The notes beneath the pieces were generated by a model that had not been told where the DNA came from, did no database searches, and saw only the letters and a program-made list of their open reading frames with translations. A DNA stretch of 64,000 nt, from assembly GCA_000388065.2 (NCBI GenBank), contig KB932204.1. The stretch is one strand, 5' to 3'. This document shows positions 13,401 through 25,744 of the stretch, one piece after another. A program made the position numbers and the translations under genes. Every line of letters starts with the position of its first letter. The stretch's first letter is position 1. Source of the DNA: Fonticula alba ATCC 38817 (taxonomy: Eukaryota; Protista; Nucleariida).

Positions 13401-14393
13401 ACGGGCTGCGTTTGGTGCCCGTGCGCCTGGAGAGCCCACACGAATGGGACGCCGGCGGCCGGCGCAAGCGCCAGGCCCTGGGCGGTGGTGATGGTGATGA
13501 TGATGCCACCGGCCCGGGTCCTGCATCCTCTTCACACGCCACTGACAGCTTTGAGTTGACCCCGTACGTAGATGCCCGGCCCCGGTCGACTCCGCGCGCC
13601 CTGTGCTATGATTGACATCCTTTCCCCGGCCTCCCCCTCGCCCTTCTTTAGACCGATCGATCGGCTGGCCCTCTTTGAGGAGGAAGGCCACGCTCTGGGC
13701 CTCGTCGGCGGCGGTGGCGGCGCGTTCGGCGGCAAGCGGACACATGGCACCCTGGCCAATGATGCGGCATCGGCGGCTGTCGCGCGTCGCAGTCATCCAG
13801 CCTTCCCGGTGGGCAGGCAAAGCTATGCCGCGCTGGCAGCGCTGCATGCGGCCATCGAGGCGGAGCGCTCACGCCGGGCAAATGCCCGACTCGGGCCGCC
13901 GGCACCGGCTCCACCGGTGTCAGCTCCGGCCTCGAGCTCTGGCCCGGCGATGGCCGCCGCGCACCCGGTGCAGCGGGTCCTTGCACAGACGGCCCCGCCC
14001 GTTGCCCCGGGCTCCCCGAAGAAGGGGGATCCCCTGACCCCTCGGCGCATTGCCGCGCGGCATCGCGAAGTCACGGCCCTGCTTCATGGTGGGGCCGGGG
14101 GCTCTGGCTCTCGCACATCCGACAGCATGGTGGGGGCCTCCGTCGCTCGGGACTTCTTTGGCCGGGTCATCGGCGCGTCTGCCGCGGCCACCACCCCGAC
14201 CGCTTTGCCACCCGACGCACTGGCCACCACTGACATGGCTGCCGGCGAGCCCTCCAACGAGGCACTCCAGCTACACCCCGACGAGGCGACATCCCCGGAG
14301 GCGCCGGTGCCGACGATCCGCTTCTGGTATTCCTTCAATGAGGGCTTCTCCAATGCGGTCCGCCAGCGCGTGGATATCACCTCGCTCATGTAG
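10418..14393 (+). CDS. CTF18: Chromosome transmission fidelity protein 18 (alternative RFC clamp-loader large subunit, AAA+); about 4 exons; apparent frameshift at 12651-12757 is an assembly artefact
   Basis: LLTERYAPRTFIELLSDDRSNRRVVSWIRAWD; Walker A GPPGVGKTT; INASEDRS; Walker B IVDECDG; LRGCLNVLQL; C-terminal FWYSFNEGFSNAVRQRV, the typical Ctf18 Dcc1/Ctf8-binding tail. Confidence 0.93.
12562..12757 (+). repeat. 89-bp direct duplication (12562-12650 and 12669-12757) separated by Illumina adapter AGATCGGAAGAGCGTCGTG (12651-12669)
   Basis: Both copies and the adapter were read directly. The adapter matches the known TruSeq adapter prefix. Confidence 0.97.
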
Positions 14394-14464
14394 ATCCCCG
14401 TCCCCCTTTCCCAGGTGACAAACTATACTCTTCTTCCTAAGTGTCCCCCTTCCTCCGGTGGCTT

Positions 14465-14495
<31 letters not shown>

Positions 14496-14659
14496 CAGCT
14501 CCCCACGCCTGCTGGACCCTTTGCCTGTGTGTGAGGGGTGCCTTTTCTTCTTCACATTTTGGTCCTCCGCGGCCCCACCCTCCCCGCCGTGTCGTGCTCG
14601 TGCGAGTGTTTGCTTTTTTCGTTTGCCCTTTCCGGGCATGTCCCCCATGCGAGGGGCTT

Positions 14660-17628
14660 TCATTTTGACGATGGGAGGCCAAGCCAAGACCGGCACCGCC
14701 GCAGGAATGACCCGCTGCCCGTGCCCGGGCGCTGGGCATCATCATACATGGCGAGCAGGAAATTCAACATACTGGCCTGTTCGATGGTTTGGCGCACGGG
14801 GTCCAAATACCCATGGTGGTCGGCCTCCAAAAGCCCGGTATCCAGATGGGAGCCGGCTGGGAGATCCAGCACGCGGAGGAGGGTGAGCGGAGCCGGGGCG
14901 CCGGCGGCGGCGGCGGCCCGGCGTCGAAGGGCGGCATACTTGGCCGCATGGGCGGCCGGGGCCCGGCGATCGGTCAACGCGCAGGACACCCAGGCCGCCG
15001 TGGTCCAGGCCCCAGCCCCGGCGAGGCCATGTTGAAGTCGATGAACGGGGTCGGCCAGCTGGGCCAACTCCGGGTCACTGGGGTCGCCCCACTCCCGGCG
15101 CTCGGCGGCCCCGAGCAGGCCGCCACCGGCGGCGGCCAAATCCGCCGCCACATCCAGGAAGCCCGACCGAAGGACCGCCGCATCGAAGAGCCCCGGCTCC
15201 TCGATGGCCAGGGCCGCGGCCGCAGCCCCGGCACTGAAGGACCCGAGCGCAACAAAGCGCCCGGACTCGGCCTCGCCACGTGCCCACCGAGCCGCCAAGC
15301 GAATGTCCTCCACCGTGCGAAGAAGCCGGCCGGCTTGTCCGGTTCCACTCCAGTGCCACCCGGTGCCACGTTCGCCCCCTCCTCGTGCATGGACGACCGC
15401 CACATCCCAGCCAAGCCCGAGCAGGATGCGCTCCGGATCGCCGAGCCCCAAGCGCGCACTCTGCCCGTAGGAGCCATAGGACTTGAGCAGCAGCGGCGCC
15501 GGGCCCGGATGGGCTTGCTGTCCGGTGAAGTAGGTGACTGGTATGCCGGAGGCCCCCAGCAGGAGCGGCTCCACTCCAGCAGCCGCGGAGGATGTGTCCA
15601 CCTCAGCCGCCGCCAAGACCCTCGGCATCAGGCTGGCTCGCAGCATGTCAGGAACACCGGGCGGGAAGGTTCGCAAGGGGGATGTGGGAGATCAAAAAAA
15701 AAGAAAGAAGAGACCAGTGTGCCCTTCTTCCGCCACTTCAAAGGAAGCAGCACGCCCCCAACCGCCCCCTGTCAATCCAGGCAGCAACTTGAAGAGGGTC
15801 CGCGTACCGGGCGTCTGGCTGGTCGAGTCGGACCTCAGCCAGACTGGCGGAGGTGCATGGCCCGCGAACATAAAAGTACACGGCTGACGGATCAATCAGG
15901 GGAAGGCCATCCGGGGTGTAGGCCACTGGCAGGCCGGGAGTGACTTCCAACCCGGCGGAGGCCACGCAGGGGACCTCATGCCAGTGGGGATTTGGCATGT
16001 CGGTCGGGGCGTCCACCAAGGTGGAAGGAGCCAAAGGAGGGGTGATCCTGCGTACAGGGCGTGGCTGCTCATTCGGCGTCAAGAGGCCCTGTAGGGGGAC
16101 CTCGGTGACGGTGAGGGTATCCGCGTTCAGGATTGCCACCGAGTGTCCAAAGCAGCTAGGCCGGGCGCCGGGGGGCGCGTGTCAGTCCCAAGGCGCCTCG
16201 TTCGGCGGCCGCGCGAACACCCCTAATGGGGAAGACATACCCATTTCCATAGATCACCACATGGCCGTGGCGGATGTCAAGTGACTCGATGGTTCGCATG
16301 TCGGGGCCCGGGTCGTAGGCCAAATGCCAGCCGGAGCCGGGGCCACGGCTCGAGCGGAAGAGCCGCAGGCCCGGGGCCGAGGCCGCATCGGCCGGTCCGG
16401 TGGCAAGCAGCCAGAAGGAGCCATCAGGTCCGGGGGACTGGCCAAAAAAGCACGTCCCGCCCCGATGGCGGGGATGGATGCAGAGCAATTCCACAGCGGC
16501 CCCGGGCATGCCGGGCAGGCTGACACTTTGCAGCGTCTCGTGGGGCGGGGCGGCCGGTTCGCCGGCCGAGCGGACGGCCCACACTTCGCTTCGGTCGTGC
16601 GATTGAACCAAAAGTGACAGCATCTCCGGGCCCGGCAGAGTCCCCAGGCCGAGGAACATCGACGGGTCGGGCTCGGTGAATAGGGACACCGGTGCCGGCA
16701 TGCCGGAAGGAGTCGGTACCCCGGCAAGCAGGGCCGCCGGGCGGCCGGTCTGATCGGCCTCGAGGAAAAGCAGCACACCGCTCTCGGGGAGGCCCTTCCC
16801 GCCGGTCGCCAGCCAGCAGGGGCCTGACGCTGTGGCCGACAGGCGCTGAGGGCGAGCCCCGGCGGCCGCGGCCCCCGGCCGGGTGACATACAGCAAGTGA
16901 CTCTCGGAGCCCGGAGGCCCGGCCAGCAGGACCGCCGCCCACCGGCCGCACAGGGATTCACTCACCGTGATGACCCCTCGATCGAGGGCTCGAGCAGCCT
17001 CGGCCACCAGGCCTGGGTCATCACCAAGATCCGTTGGCCGGAAAACCAGCTCATCCGTCGGCCCGGCGGTGTGCTGGCCGAGGGTGCCAGTCGAGTGGGG
17101 GCCCGAGCTGCCGGGCTCAGCTCGCCGACGGTACATGGCCCCCCCATCGACAAAGTAATCGAACCCGACATACGCCTGCGAGGGTGCCATGGAAGGGTGG
17201 GCGCACATCGGGGGTCAGCAAGCACCCTGCCGGACTCGGCAATTCGGGCTCCATGGACGCACCGGATTCAGCGGCTCCCCGGGCAGGGCCAAGCTGGCTT
17301 GCTGCCGGTCGAGGCTTTCCATCAGCGTCCCCACACGCCGGACGTGCGCCCCGGTCCAGCGCAGGGCATGGTCATTTTCCCGAACCAGGTGCTGAAAGGC
17401 CGGTGCCTTGCGAAGGGCAGCACCGGCGGCTTCCGCGACATCGGCAACATCCCCGGAGGGAAAGGCGCGCCGAATGAAGTCGACCTCGGTGACTCGCTCC
17501 AGCTCGACCAGCGGGCCCTCCCAAGCGGGCGGCGGAGAGGAAAAGGACCGGGTCCAGGCACATGCAGCGCCAGGCAGCAGGCGCCGACCTGGCCGAACGG
17601 CCAGATTGACCCTGGAAAGGTGCAACAT
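14660..17628 (-). CDS. S9A prolyl oligopeptidase family, oligopeptidase B (protease II)/PREPL-like, with probable mitochondrial presequence; about 4 exons
   Basis: LLLKSYGSYG; AVVHARGGGERGTGWH; nucleophile GSFSAG; VLRSGFLDV; REWGDP; TDRR; HHG. N-terminus MLHLSRVNLAVRPGRRLL...TRSFSS. Introns include 17262-17176 (GTGCGT...CAG). Confidence 0.8.
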
Positions 17629-18099
17629 CGGGGGTCAAAGACAGGGCAGGGCAAGGGAGCAGGTGGGCAGGGGAGGGGGGGGGGGCGGACAAAAGTCGGG
17701 AGATAAAAAAGACCCACCACACCCAGGCGGGGATGTGTGTTCCCTTTCTGCGTGCCATCCTCCCAGGCACGGTCCCCCCCGCCCCCCGCCCCCCGGTTCA
17801 CCGACGCCCCCGGACGCAGCCCGCGCGAGATCCGATCGCGAGGGACGATGGCGCACACGCGCGCGATGCATGGTGCATGTGAGCGTGTTTACGTGCGATG
17901 GGTGCGTGTGGTGGCGGGCAAAAAAAGTGTATTGTCGGAGCGTTGGCATGTATTTGTTCCGGCATTGTGCCCCGTCTCCTGCCAACAGGCAAGGGGGCTG
18001 GGCCGGGGGGGGGGGNNNNNNNNNNNNNNNNNNNNGGGGGGGGGGAAAGAGAGAGGGAGAGGGAGAGCGTGCAGGGAGGGAGGCGGCAAATGGTCGCAC

Positions 18100-18276
18100 A
18101 TGCGGAGGGACAACGGCACGAAGACGTCCGAGCTGTAGACAATGTCCTTGGAGGACTGGAGCGAATGCCCGGGCCGCAAGACCGGGGCGGCTAGCTGGAT
18201 CGGTTGGCGGTCCAGCCGCTCCGACGGGCTGAGGGGCATGCTGGCGGGACCTCCCAAGCTGCAGGGGGGGGGGGGG

Positions 18277-18337
<61 letters not shown>

Positions 18338-20523
18338 GGGGGGGGGGGGGGGGACACCAACGGCGGGGCGGGAAAGGGCGGACACAGACAGGGACACACC
18401 TTCTTGACATGCCGCGAGTTTGGCCGACTGATGTCGGGCAGCGAGCTGAAGTCCATCAGACGCAGGAGGGACAGGAAGAGGCTGCTCGAGCGCCGCAAGA
18501 CCAGGTAGGAGGTATTGCAATAGTCCTTGAAGCGGAACCACATTTCGCCGGAGGTGCCGCCCATGGCATCGACCATTTCCTGGCAAATCTTCATCGGCGG
18601 CGGGTAGGGCTTGGGGTCATTGCCGAAGATGAAGCCAAAATCGATGTGCAGCAGCCGGCCCTGGTCTGTGAGCATCAGGTTCTCCAGATGCCGATCGCCA
18701 ATCCCAAGGATGTATGTGATGATGGAGTAGCCGGCTGAAGGGGGACAGGGTGAGTTCGGCAAATTGGGACAAGCAGCAAAAGAAGAACCAGCGCCCCCCC
18801 CCCCCCCCCCCCCACACACACGTCGCCACGCGGCAACAAAATGCCCCCGCACAAGGACGCACCACAACTCCGGAGGTAAATCTCGCGAGTGACCGGGTCC
18901 AAAGTGGGAGGGGCGGCAGCCGAGCCGCGGGCATTGGTCTGCACCACGGCCACGGGAGCCTGGAGGGGCGGCATGGCCGGCAGAGGCGGCGAGGCCATCT
19001 CCCCACCCTGCATAATGCCCTCGGCCGGGCGCATAAGAACCTCCGGCGGCAGGGACAGCGTCGCCCGGCCCTGCTCCTGCGGGAAGTTCAAGTCCGAGGA
19101 CACGGCCAGTGTCGGGGTCACCAGGCTCAGCAATGACCCGGGCGAGGGGGAGGCCGGGGTCGAGGGGGTTCGCCGGAGCCCTGGCGACCCGGGGGTCGGC
19201 GCGTGGCCCGGTGCGGTGGCCAGTGTGGCGGATGCGGCCGAGGCCGCCGCCACCGAGGCGACAGCCTGCGAGAGGCGATCCGTCCCGGTAAGCGGGCCAG
19301 TCACGACGGCCGACCCGGCATCGGGGTCGGGCGAGGTGGCGCCGGGCGGCAAAATCGGCAGCGCCGGCGTGGAGGCCGAACTCAGGCCACCCCCCGGGGG
19401 GAGATCATCTCGAGGGCCGGAGCCCATGGGCCCGGTGCCGACCGAGGCATTGGACAAGGCGCGTCGCCGGGGGCCGACATCAAGCATCGAGCCGTGCAGG
19501 CTCGACTCCTCATCGGCCGACTCGGCATCCGACCCGAAGAGTGGCTCCGGCGTGGCTTGGTCCGCCGGGATGGACGAGCCGCTGAAGCTGGAGAAGTCCC
19601 CGAGAGACATGCTGGAGCTGGACTCCAGAGTGACCCCCGGCGTGCGAGCCGTGGCCCCCGGAGGCAGGGGCGGGAAGAGCCCGGCTGCCGGGGCAGCGGC
19701 TGCTGCGGCGGCGGCCACGGCAGCAGCGGCGGCCGCGGCGGCCGCGGCCGCGGCATTGGCAGCGGCCGTCGCCGCGGCCTGCTGCTGCTCCTGCTGCTTC
19801 TTGGCCATGAACTTCACCAAGTCCCGGTCATATTGGTCCAGAATGGCCGACAGAGGGTGTGACCCCTCGACAAATTCGATCATGCCCTCACTCTCGCTGG
19901 TGGCTAGAACGCCATACGGGCTCAGGGCCATGTCCATGCCTTCGTGCTTGAGAATGCGATCCATCAGCCGGAGGAAGGCCATCACCAGCTGGTCCTGACG
20001 AATGTCGTCGCCCATCTTGAAGATGACCTGATGCGATTAAGGGGGAAGGAAAGGGCATGGAGGGTGGGGGACGGAGAGAGAGAGAGAGAGAGGCGGGAGG
20101 GAGGGAAGGAAATGAATGGTTTGCCAGGCGACACAGGGCCGAAGGGCGTGGACGGTTAGCAACCCTTCGGGGAGCCAGCGAAATGGGCAGGCCGCACACG
20201 TACACAGTATGTTCCCCCGCCCTCGCGCAGGAAGGTCAGCTTAAGGGGTTGCTTGGCCGACTTGAAGATGTAGCTGCCATCCGGGTCGACACCGACCACG
20301 GAGATGGTGGGATCCAGCGGATGGGCCAGCGGCTCGAACGAGTGCAGGTTGTACTTGGGATTGCGAATGAAGTCCGGCAGCTGGGAGATCAGTTTCTGCC
20401 GAGGGAGGCGGCTCTGACGCAGATCCGTCATCAAAGTCATGACATTGGCCACCAGGCGCTCCTGGCGCTGGATGGTCTGGAAGGAAGCCTTGTATGAGGA
20501 CTGCGTGGCAAACACACACATAG

Positions 20524-20563
<40 letters not shown>

Positions 20564-23500
20564 TTGTAGTTATATGCACAGCGGACCGAGGAAAGCGGGT
20601 TGCCGGAGGAGACGACCAGCCAGAGGGAAAGCATGCGACATATCGCCGGGAGGGAAAGACACACAGGACACCCATGAAGAGGAAGGGGAGGGGCAGGAGA
20701 AGAGGAGCAGGAGAAGACACCCGGACGGGCGGTCAGTAGCGGGATGGAGAGCATCGGCACCGATGCAGCATGCGCGCCAGGAGGTGGGGTACAGGGAGTG
20801 CGCACATTCTCCAGGAAAGCCATGAACACATTCTTCAGCAGCTTGAAGTGCCCGGCGTAGCGGGAGTTTTCCATGACCGCTTCCACATGCAGCTGCCAGT
20901 AGAGACTCAGACAGAGAGCCGGGGTCCGGAGGGATCGGGTCATCAGCAGGTGTACCACCGGCGAGCGGCTCACAAATAGCCGCTCCACCGGGCCAGCTCG
21001 CTGGAGGAGCGCCACAACGGCCGGATTCTCCTGCCACACATCTTCCGGGGTTCCGGCCGACGGGCTGGCCATCGGCCCGTGTTTCCCCTCGCCCGACAGG
21101 TCGACCAGCAGGTCAGCCGGGGGGAGGATCTCGAACTTCAACGACTCCACCAGGGAGAGCTGAATCAGCAGAAGCTCCTGCAGGCGGGGGGGGGGGGGGG
21201 GGGGGGAGGGAGGAGCGAAGACGCCATCGAGACGGCACCGTGTGAGGAGTGGAACGGAAGGGGAAACCCAGGGGGCGGCTGGAAGGGAAACACAAAGCCA
21301 GAGCGTACTTCGACAGGACGCGTGGCCGTTTGGGCCACGGCAAATGCCCGGGCCGGGGCCATGTTGACAAATTCCTTGGTAAGCAACGTCAGGCAGTCCA
21401 CCAAGGAGAGGGGGGCCCACAGATGGAGGATGGAGAAGAGATGCTCGCGCTGCTTCTGGTTGCGCCGTGCGAAGTGATACAGCAGGGTGGGCAGACCCTG
21501 GGGTACGGCGAGCAAAAAAAAAAAAAAAGGGGCGAAAGGGATGTGAGAAGACCATGCACAGAGGGGGCAGAAGGACAGCCCGAACAAGGACGCGAACCAT
21601 CTTCTCCTTGGCCAAGAAAAAGCGATACTGCCAGAGGGGCTGCTCCAGGTGCTCCGGTAGCCGACGGTCATGAACCGGCTGGCGGCACTCAGCCTTCCGG
21701 GGGGGGGGNNNNNNNNNNNNNNNNNNNNNNNNGGGGGGGAGGGAAGGTGAGCGAGGGCCGGGCACCGGGATGGAAGTGCCGGTGAGAGGAAAAGGAAGCA
21801 GCAGGAAGGAGAGAGAGAGAGAGAGAGAGAGAGACCCATGGGCAGGATACCTCGAGGAGCGTGCGCATACGCGGGTCCGGAGCTTCGGCCGACATGAAGG
21901 ACAGGTTTTGGTCCGGGTCGCGGATGGTCTGCTTCAAAGCGTTGAACATCTGCTGGATGGGATTCGACGCAAGGTGCAGCCGCATGCCACTGGGCCCGGC
22001 CGATGCGGGGAAACTGCCCGCCAGGCCGAGGGCCCCGGCGCCGGGCCCCTCCATGGCAGCCGTCATGGCCAGGAACTTCATCTGTGGATCAAACATTTGG
22101 GCAGTGAAGCGCGGCAGGTCGGACAGCTCCTCCCGCCGGAAGATCACCTGCGGCTTGATGTCACCCGTGACGGAGGCCTTGAGATCGACCTGGACCAGAG
22201 GGACGACGAGAGGACGAGGGAAAGCCGGGAACAATGTCAGAACAGGCAGGAAGGAAAGAAAGGCCGAGGGCCGGCCGGGTTTTGGCCGGCTGGCCCCTGC
22301 TCCCGCCGGGCCTCCGCCCGCCGCCCCCTCGCCTGCCAGAAAAATGTCCCTTCACTTGGGGAGGGGGGGAATAACATACAAAGGAGTCGTGCAGGATTGT
22401 CTGCTCGAAGCGCTGCAGGCACACGTGAATGACACTGGCACCAAGGTTTTCGATTTGGTGGGCGATCAAGCGCTCGAGCTCCATACGCGAGCGACCGTTC
22501 AGCCAGCTGAAGGACTGGCCCTCCTGCGCGCGCTCGTACATGTCGCACAAGGACACGCAAGTTTGCAGAGCAGTCAGCGAGTCACGCATGGCGGTCGAGA
22601 CGGCCGGAGCGCCCGGGCCACCGGCACCCGGGGCCGATGAGGGGCCCCGGTTGCCGCGACTCTGGGCCAGGGCGGCAGCGCGCTTGGCCTCCTCGGCCTC
22701 GTTGGCCACTCGGGGCCCAAAGTGCGGAGTGCCCGGAACAATCGAGCCGTCCGCCTCGCGTCCAGGCCAGAGGACGCACGACCGGAGGCCCTGGAGCAGG
22801 CGATTGACGCGCGAGCCGGAGGGCAAAAAATTCCCGGCATCCGCACGGGGCACGGCCACCGAGTTGCGTGGTGCCTGGCTCCCCGGAGGGAAGGTAAACT
22901 GCAACTGCTGCAGGGTATACTCCCCGTCGCCCGACACGGAAAAGCCCAGCCGGCGGAGCACATCAAAGTCGATGCTTTCATCGATCGGCGCGATGCCCGG
23001 AATGATGGGGGCCCCGGTCGGGCCACGAAGCGACCCGTCCAGGTCGTCCGAGGCGGCCGGGGGGGAACCCCCCATTTCCCGCAGGGAGAAGCGCCCCTCG
23101 CCGGCCGGCAAGCGAGTGAGGACCGAGGGCAGGGGGATCGGCTCGAACAGGCGCAGTGTCGTCCCACCGAGGACCCGCAAGTGCCGGGGCTCCAGGCGAT
23201 CATAGAGCGTCAGGCACAACAGCGCGTCGGCCGGCAAGTCACACACCCGGACCGGGAAGGTTACCCACCCGTCGCCCACCCAACGTCCGATGAGGCTGTG
23301 ATCCGGCAACAGGGCCGACACCGAGGAGGAGTGGAGCTGGTCCGTGGGCATCGGGCCGTCGGGCTGCGGGGCCGGAGTGGAGGCCGAGCTGGTGGTCGTC
23401 CCGGCGCGCACGCCCTCGATGCGCTGGAGGATCAGGTCCAGCGGGTCGTCATTGGCGCCGGCGCTGCTGGTGGCCGAGGCACTGGCGCTGGCTCCGGGAG

Positions 23501-23945
23501 TCGTGTCCGCCGAGGACGCAGGCCCCCGGCGGGGCATGTCCGGGAGCCGGCGAAGGACCACATTGCCAGGGAGGACAAGCTGCGAGCCGCCAGAGAAGAT
23601 CCGACAAGAGACAATCAGCTCGGTGAAGGCACTGCCAGGGGGTTGGGGCGGAAAGAAAGCGGTGAGTCAAGAGAAAGCCCGGAGGGAGAAGTAGGAGGAG
23701 GGCGAGGAGGAGATAGAGGGGCGAGAGGGGGAGCACGGGATGGACAGCAGCAGAGCGGGGTCAGCTGCCCCGGGGTCGAGGTAGGGCGAAGAGTGCACGC
23801 ACTGGCCATCACGCAGGCCATGCTCAACGTAGGGCCGGGCGAACTCCGGCGCGTGGTCGGCCAGTGCCGACGGCGAAAAGGGATTCCGCCCGTCAAGTTG
23901 CTCAGCAGGCGGGAAGAGAAAACGCAGTCCCGCCACACCGGTGCT
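18100..23945 (-). CDS. VPS34: Class III phosphatidylinositol 3-kinase; multi-exon; first and last exons not resolved
   Basis: C2 domain ELIVSCRIF...WVTFPVRVCDLPADALLCLTLYD; helical domain LWQYRFFL; IFKSAKQPLKLTF; VIFKMGDDIRQDQLV; GMIEFV; GYSIITYILGIGDRHLENLML; HIDFGFIFGNDPKPYPPPMK. Confidence 0.95.
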
Positions 23946-24051
23946 GTGAGGGGGAGGGGGGGGGGGGGTTCGTTGCGGGGAGGGAAAATGGCAGACGAGC
24001 GGAAAGAGAGTCAGGAACCGTGTGGCCGTGTGTGTGGGGCGGGGGGAGGGA

Positions 24052-24085
<34 letters not shown>

Positions 24086-25046
24086 ACAAGGACAAGGAGA
24101 CCGGCAGGGAGGCGAATCATACGCGAGGGAGGGGGGGAAAAGGACAGGCAAGCGCGGAGTCAAACGAAAAAGCGAGGGGAAGATTAGAAATCTATGCGCG
24201 GATAGGATAACGACAGAAAGAAGCATAATGTGAGCGACAACGAGTTAATGAAAGAAAAGATGAAGATGAGAAAAGAGAAGAAAAAGATAGAACAGAAGAA
24301 AGAAGAAGAGGGGGTGGAAAGGGTTATAAAGGGCGGGGAGGGGTAGGGAGAGGGGTGAAGATAAGGCACATTTGCGCCCCGGGGCTCAAGCGCTGTCAGT
24401 TTTGAATTGTTTCCGCGGGCTGGGAGGGGGGAGGGCTGTGGGGGCGCGCCTGTGAGATCAACCTGCCCGCTGCCTCGGGCACTTTGCTTCCCGGCCGGGT
24501 GCGCTTGCATACACCCCTCGCCCACCGCCCCCTCCCCGGGGACCATCTCCGCGCCCAGACCCTCCCCCCCCCCGGCAACTGCCTGCTCGGTGCGCATGTG
24601 CGAAGCGTGAACGCGAACTTCCCAGTGGGGGGGGGGGGGGGGGGGATCGATTGAATCCAGCAGGCTCCGGCATCCAAGCCACAAGAGAGCAAGTCGTCCG
24701 GCGCACGAGCTGGGTGTGCCAACTGACTCCAGGTCTTGGCGGAAGCGCGATCTGCACGCGCGCGTTTGTGCCTATGCAAGTGTCGGGGGGTTGGGGGGGG
24801 GCCGAACGCAAGTCCGATTCCCGTCTGCCCCCGGGCCAGGACAGTCCTCCCAAAGATTTGGGCAGTCATCTGCAGCATGAAAGGAAGCAATAATACAAGA
24901 GGACCAGAGACGAGCATTTTTCGCATGCTCACTTGATCCAAGGGACACTCCTAGATGGAGGAACTCGGCCCTTGGCCACCACCGCCGGTGCCGATGCCGG
25001 GTGTTGCCAGCCTCTTGTTCCCCCGCCCCCTTCCGCCCCTGTTGAC

Positions 25047-25121
<75 letters not shown>

Positions 25122-25129
25122 GAGAGAGA
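25047..25129. repeat. (GA)n microsatellite
   Basis: About 40 GA units. Confidence 0.95.
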
Positions 25130-25744
25130 GCGAGGTGTGTTGTGTGAGGGCCCTCGCCGGTCGGGCCAACCGTCCCCCCCGCGGCGAAATGGGCGATGAA
25201 AACATTCCTGATCACGCCCCGACATTTTCCTTTTTGATGCACTGCGTGATATGTCGATCTGGTGTGCTAACTCCAGAACAAAGCCACCTCGGATCAAAGA
25301 GAGGGGGGTATATTTTCTCCCACCGAGGCGGGAGAGAGGGGCGAAAGAGAAGGTGCGGCAGAGGCTGGGTCGCGGAGGAAAACTGACGAGGTCGCATGCT
25401 CGGCTCCTTCCTCGCGCACCCCGGCCCGCGAGTGCCGCCTCTTTGGGAGGCGGACAAAAAAAAAGACCAGCTATTCCTCCTGCATCATCCATGTGGGGAA
25501 GTTGAAGCTCCTCTTTCCGGGGTAAGTAGTGTACAGCCAGACGAGCCTGCCATGTGCAGGCGTGCGCATGATTGTGTGTGGGGGGGGGGGAGGCTACGCA
25601 GATGCATGTGCCTGGACGGGAGGACCAAATAAGAAGACCCGAAGGGGGATGCGGCGGCGGGAAGCCGGCGCACATCGTGCAGCCCCCCCCCCCCCCCCCC
25701 CCTCGGTCCCCCTCCTCCGCCTGGCCCGCGGCCGAGAGCCTTCC

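Noticed and set aside
17215-17217. In-frame TGA between two same-frame peptidase ORFs (possible readthrough or selenocysteine)
   Set aside because: The TGA lies inside an 87-nt intron (17262-17176) and is part of the GCTGAC branch site.
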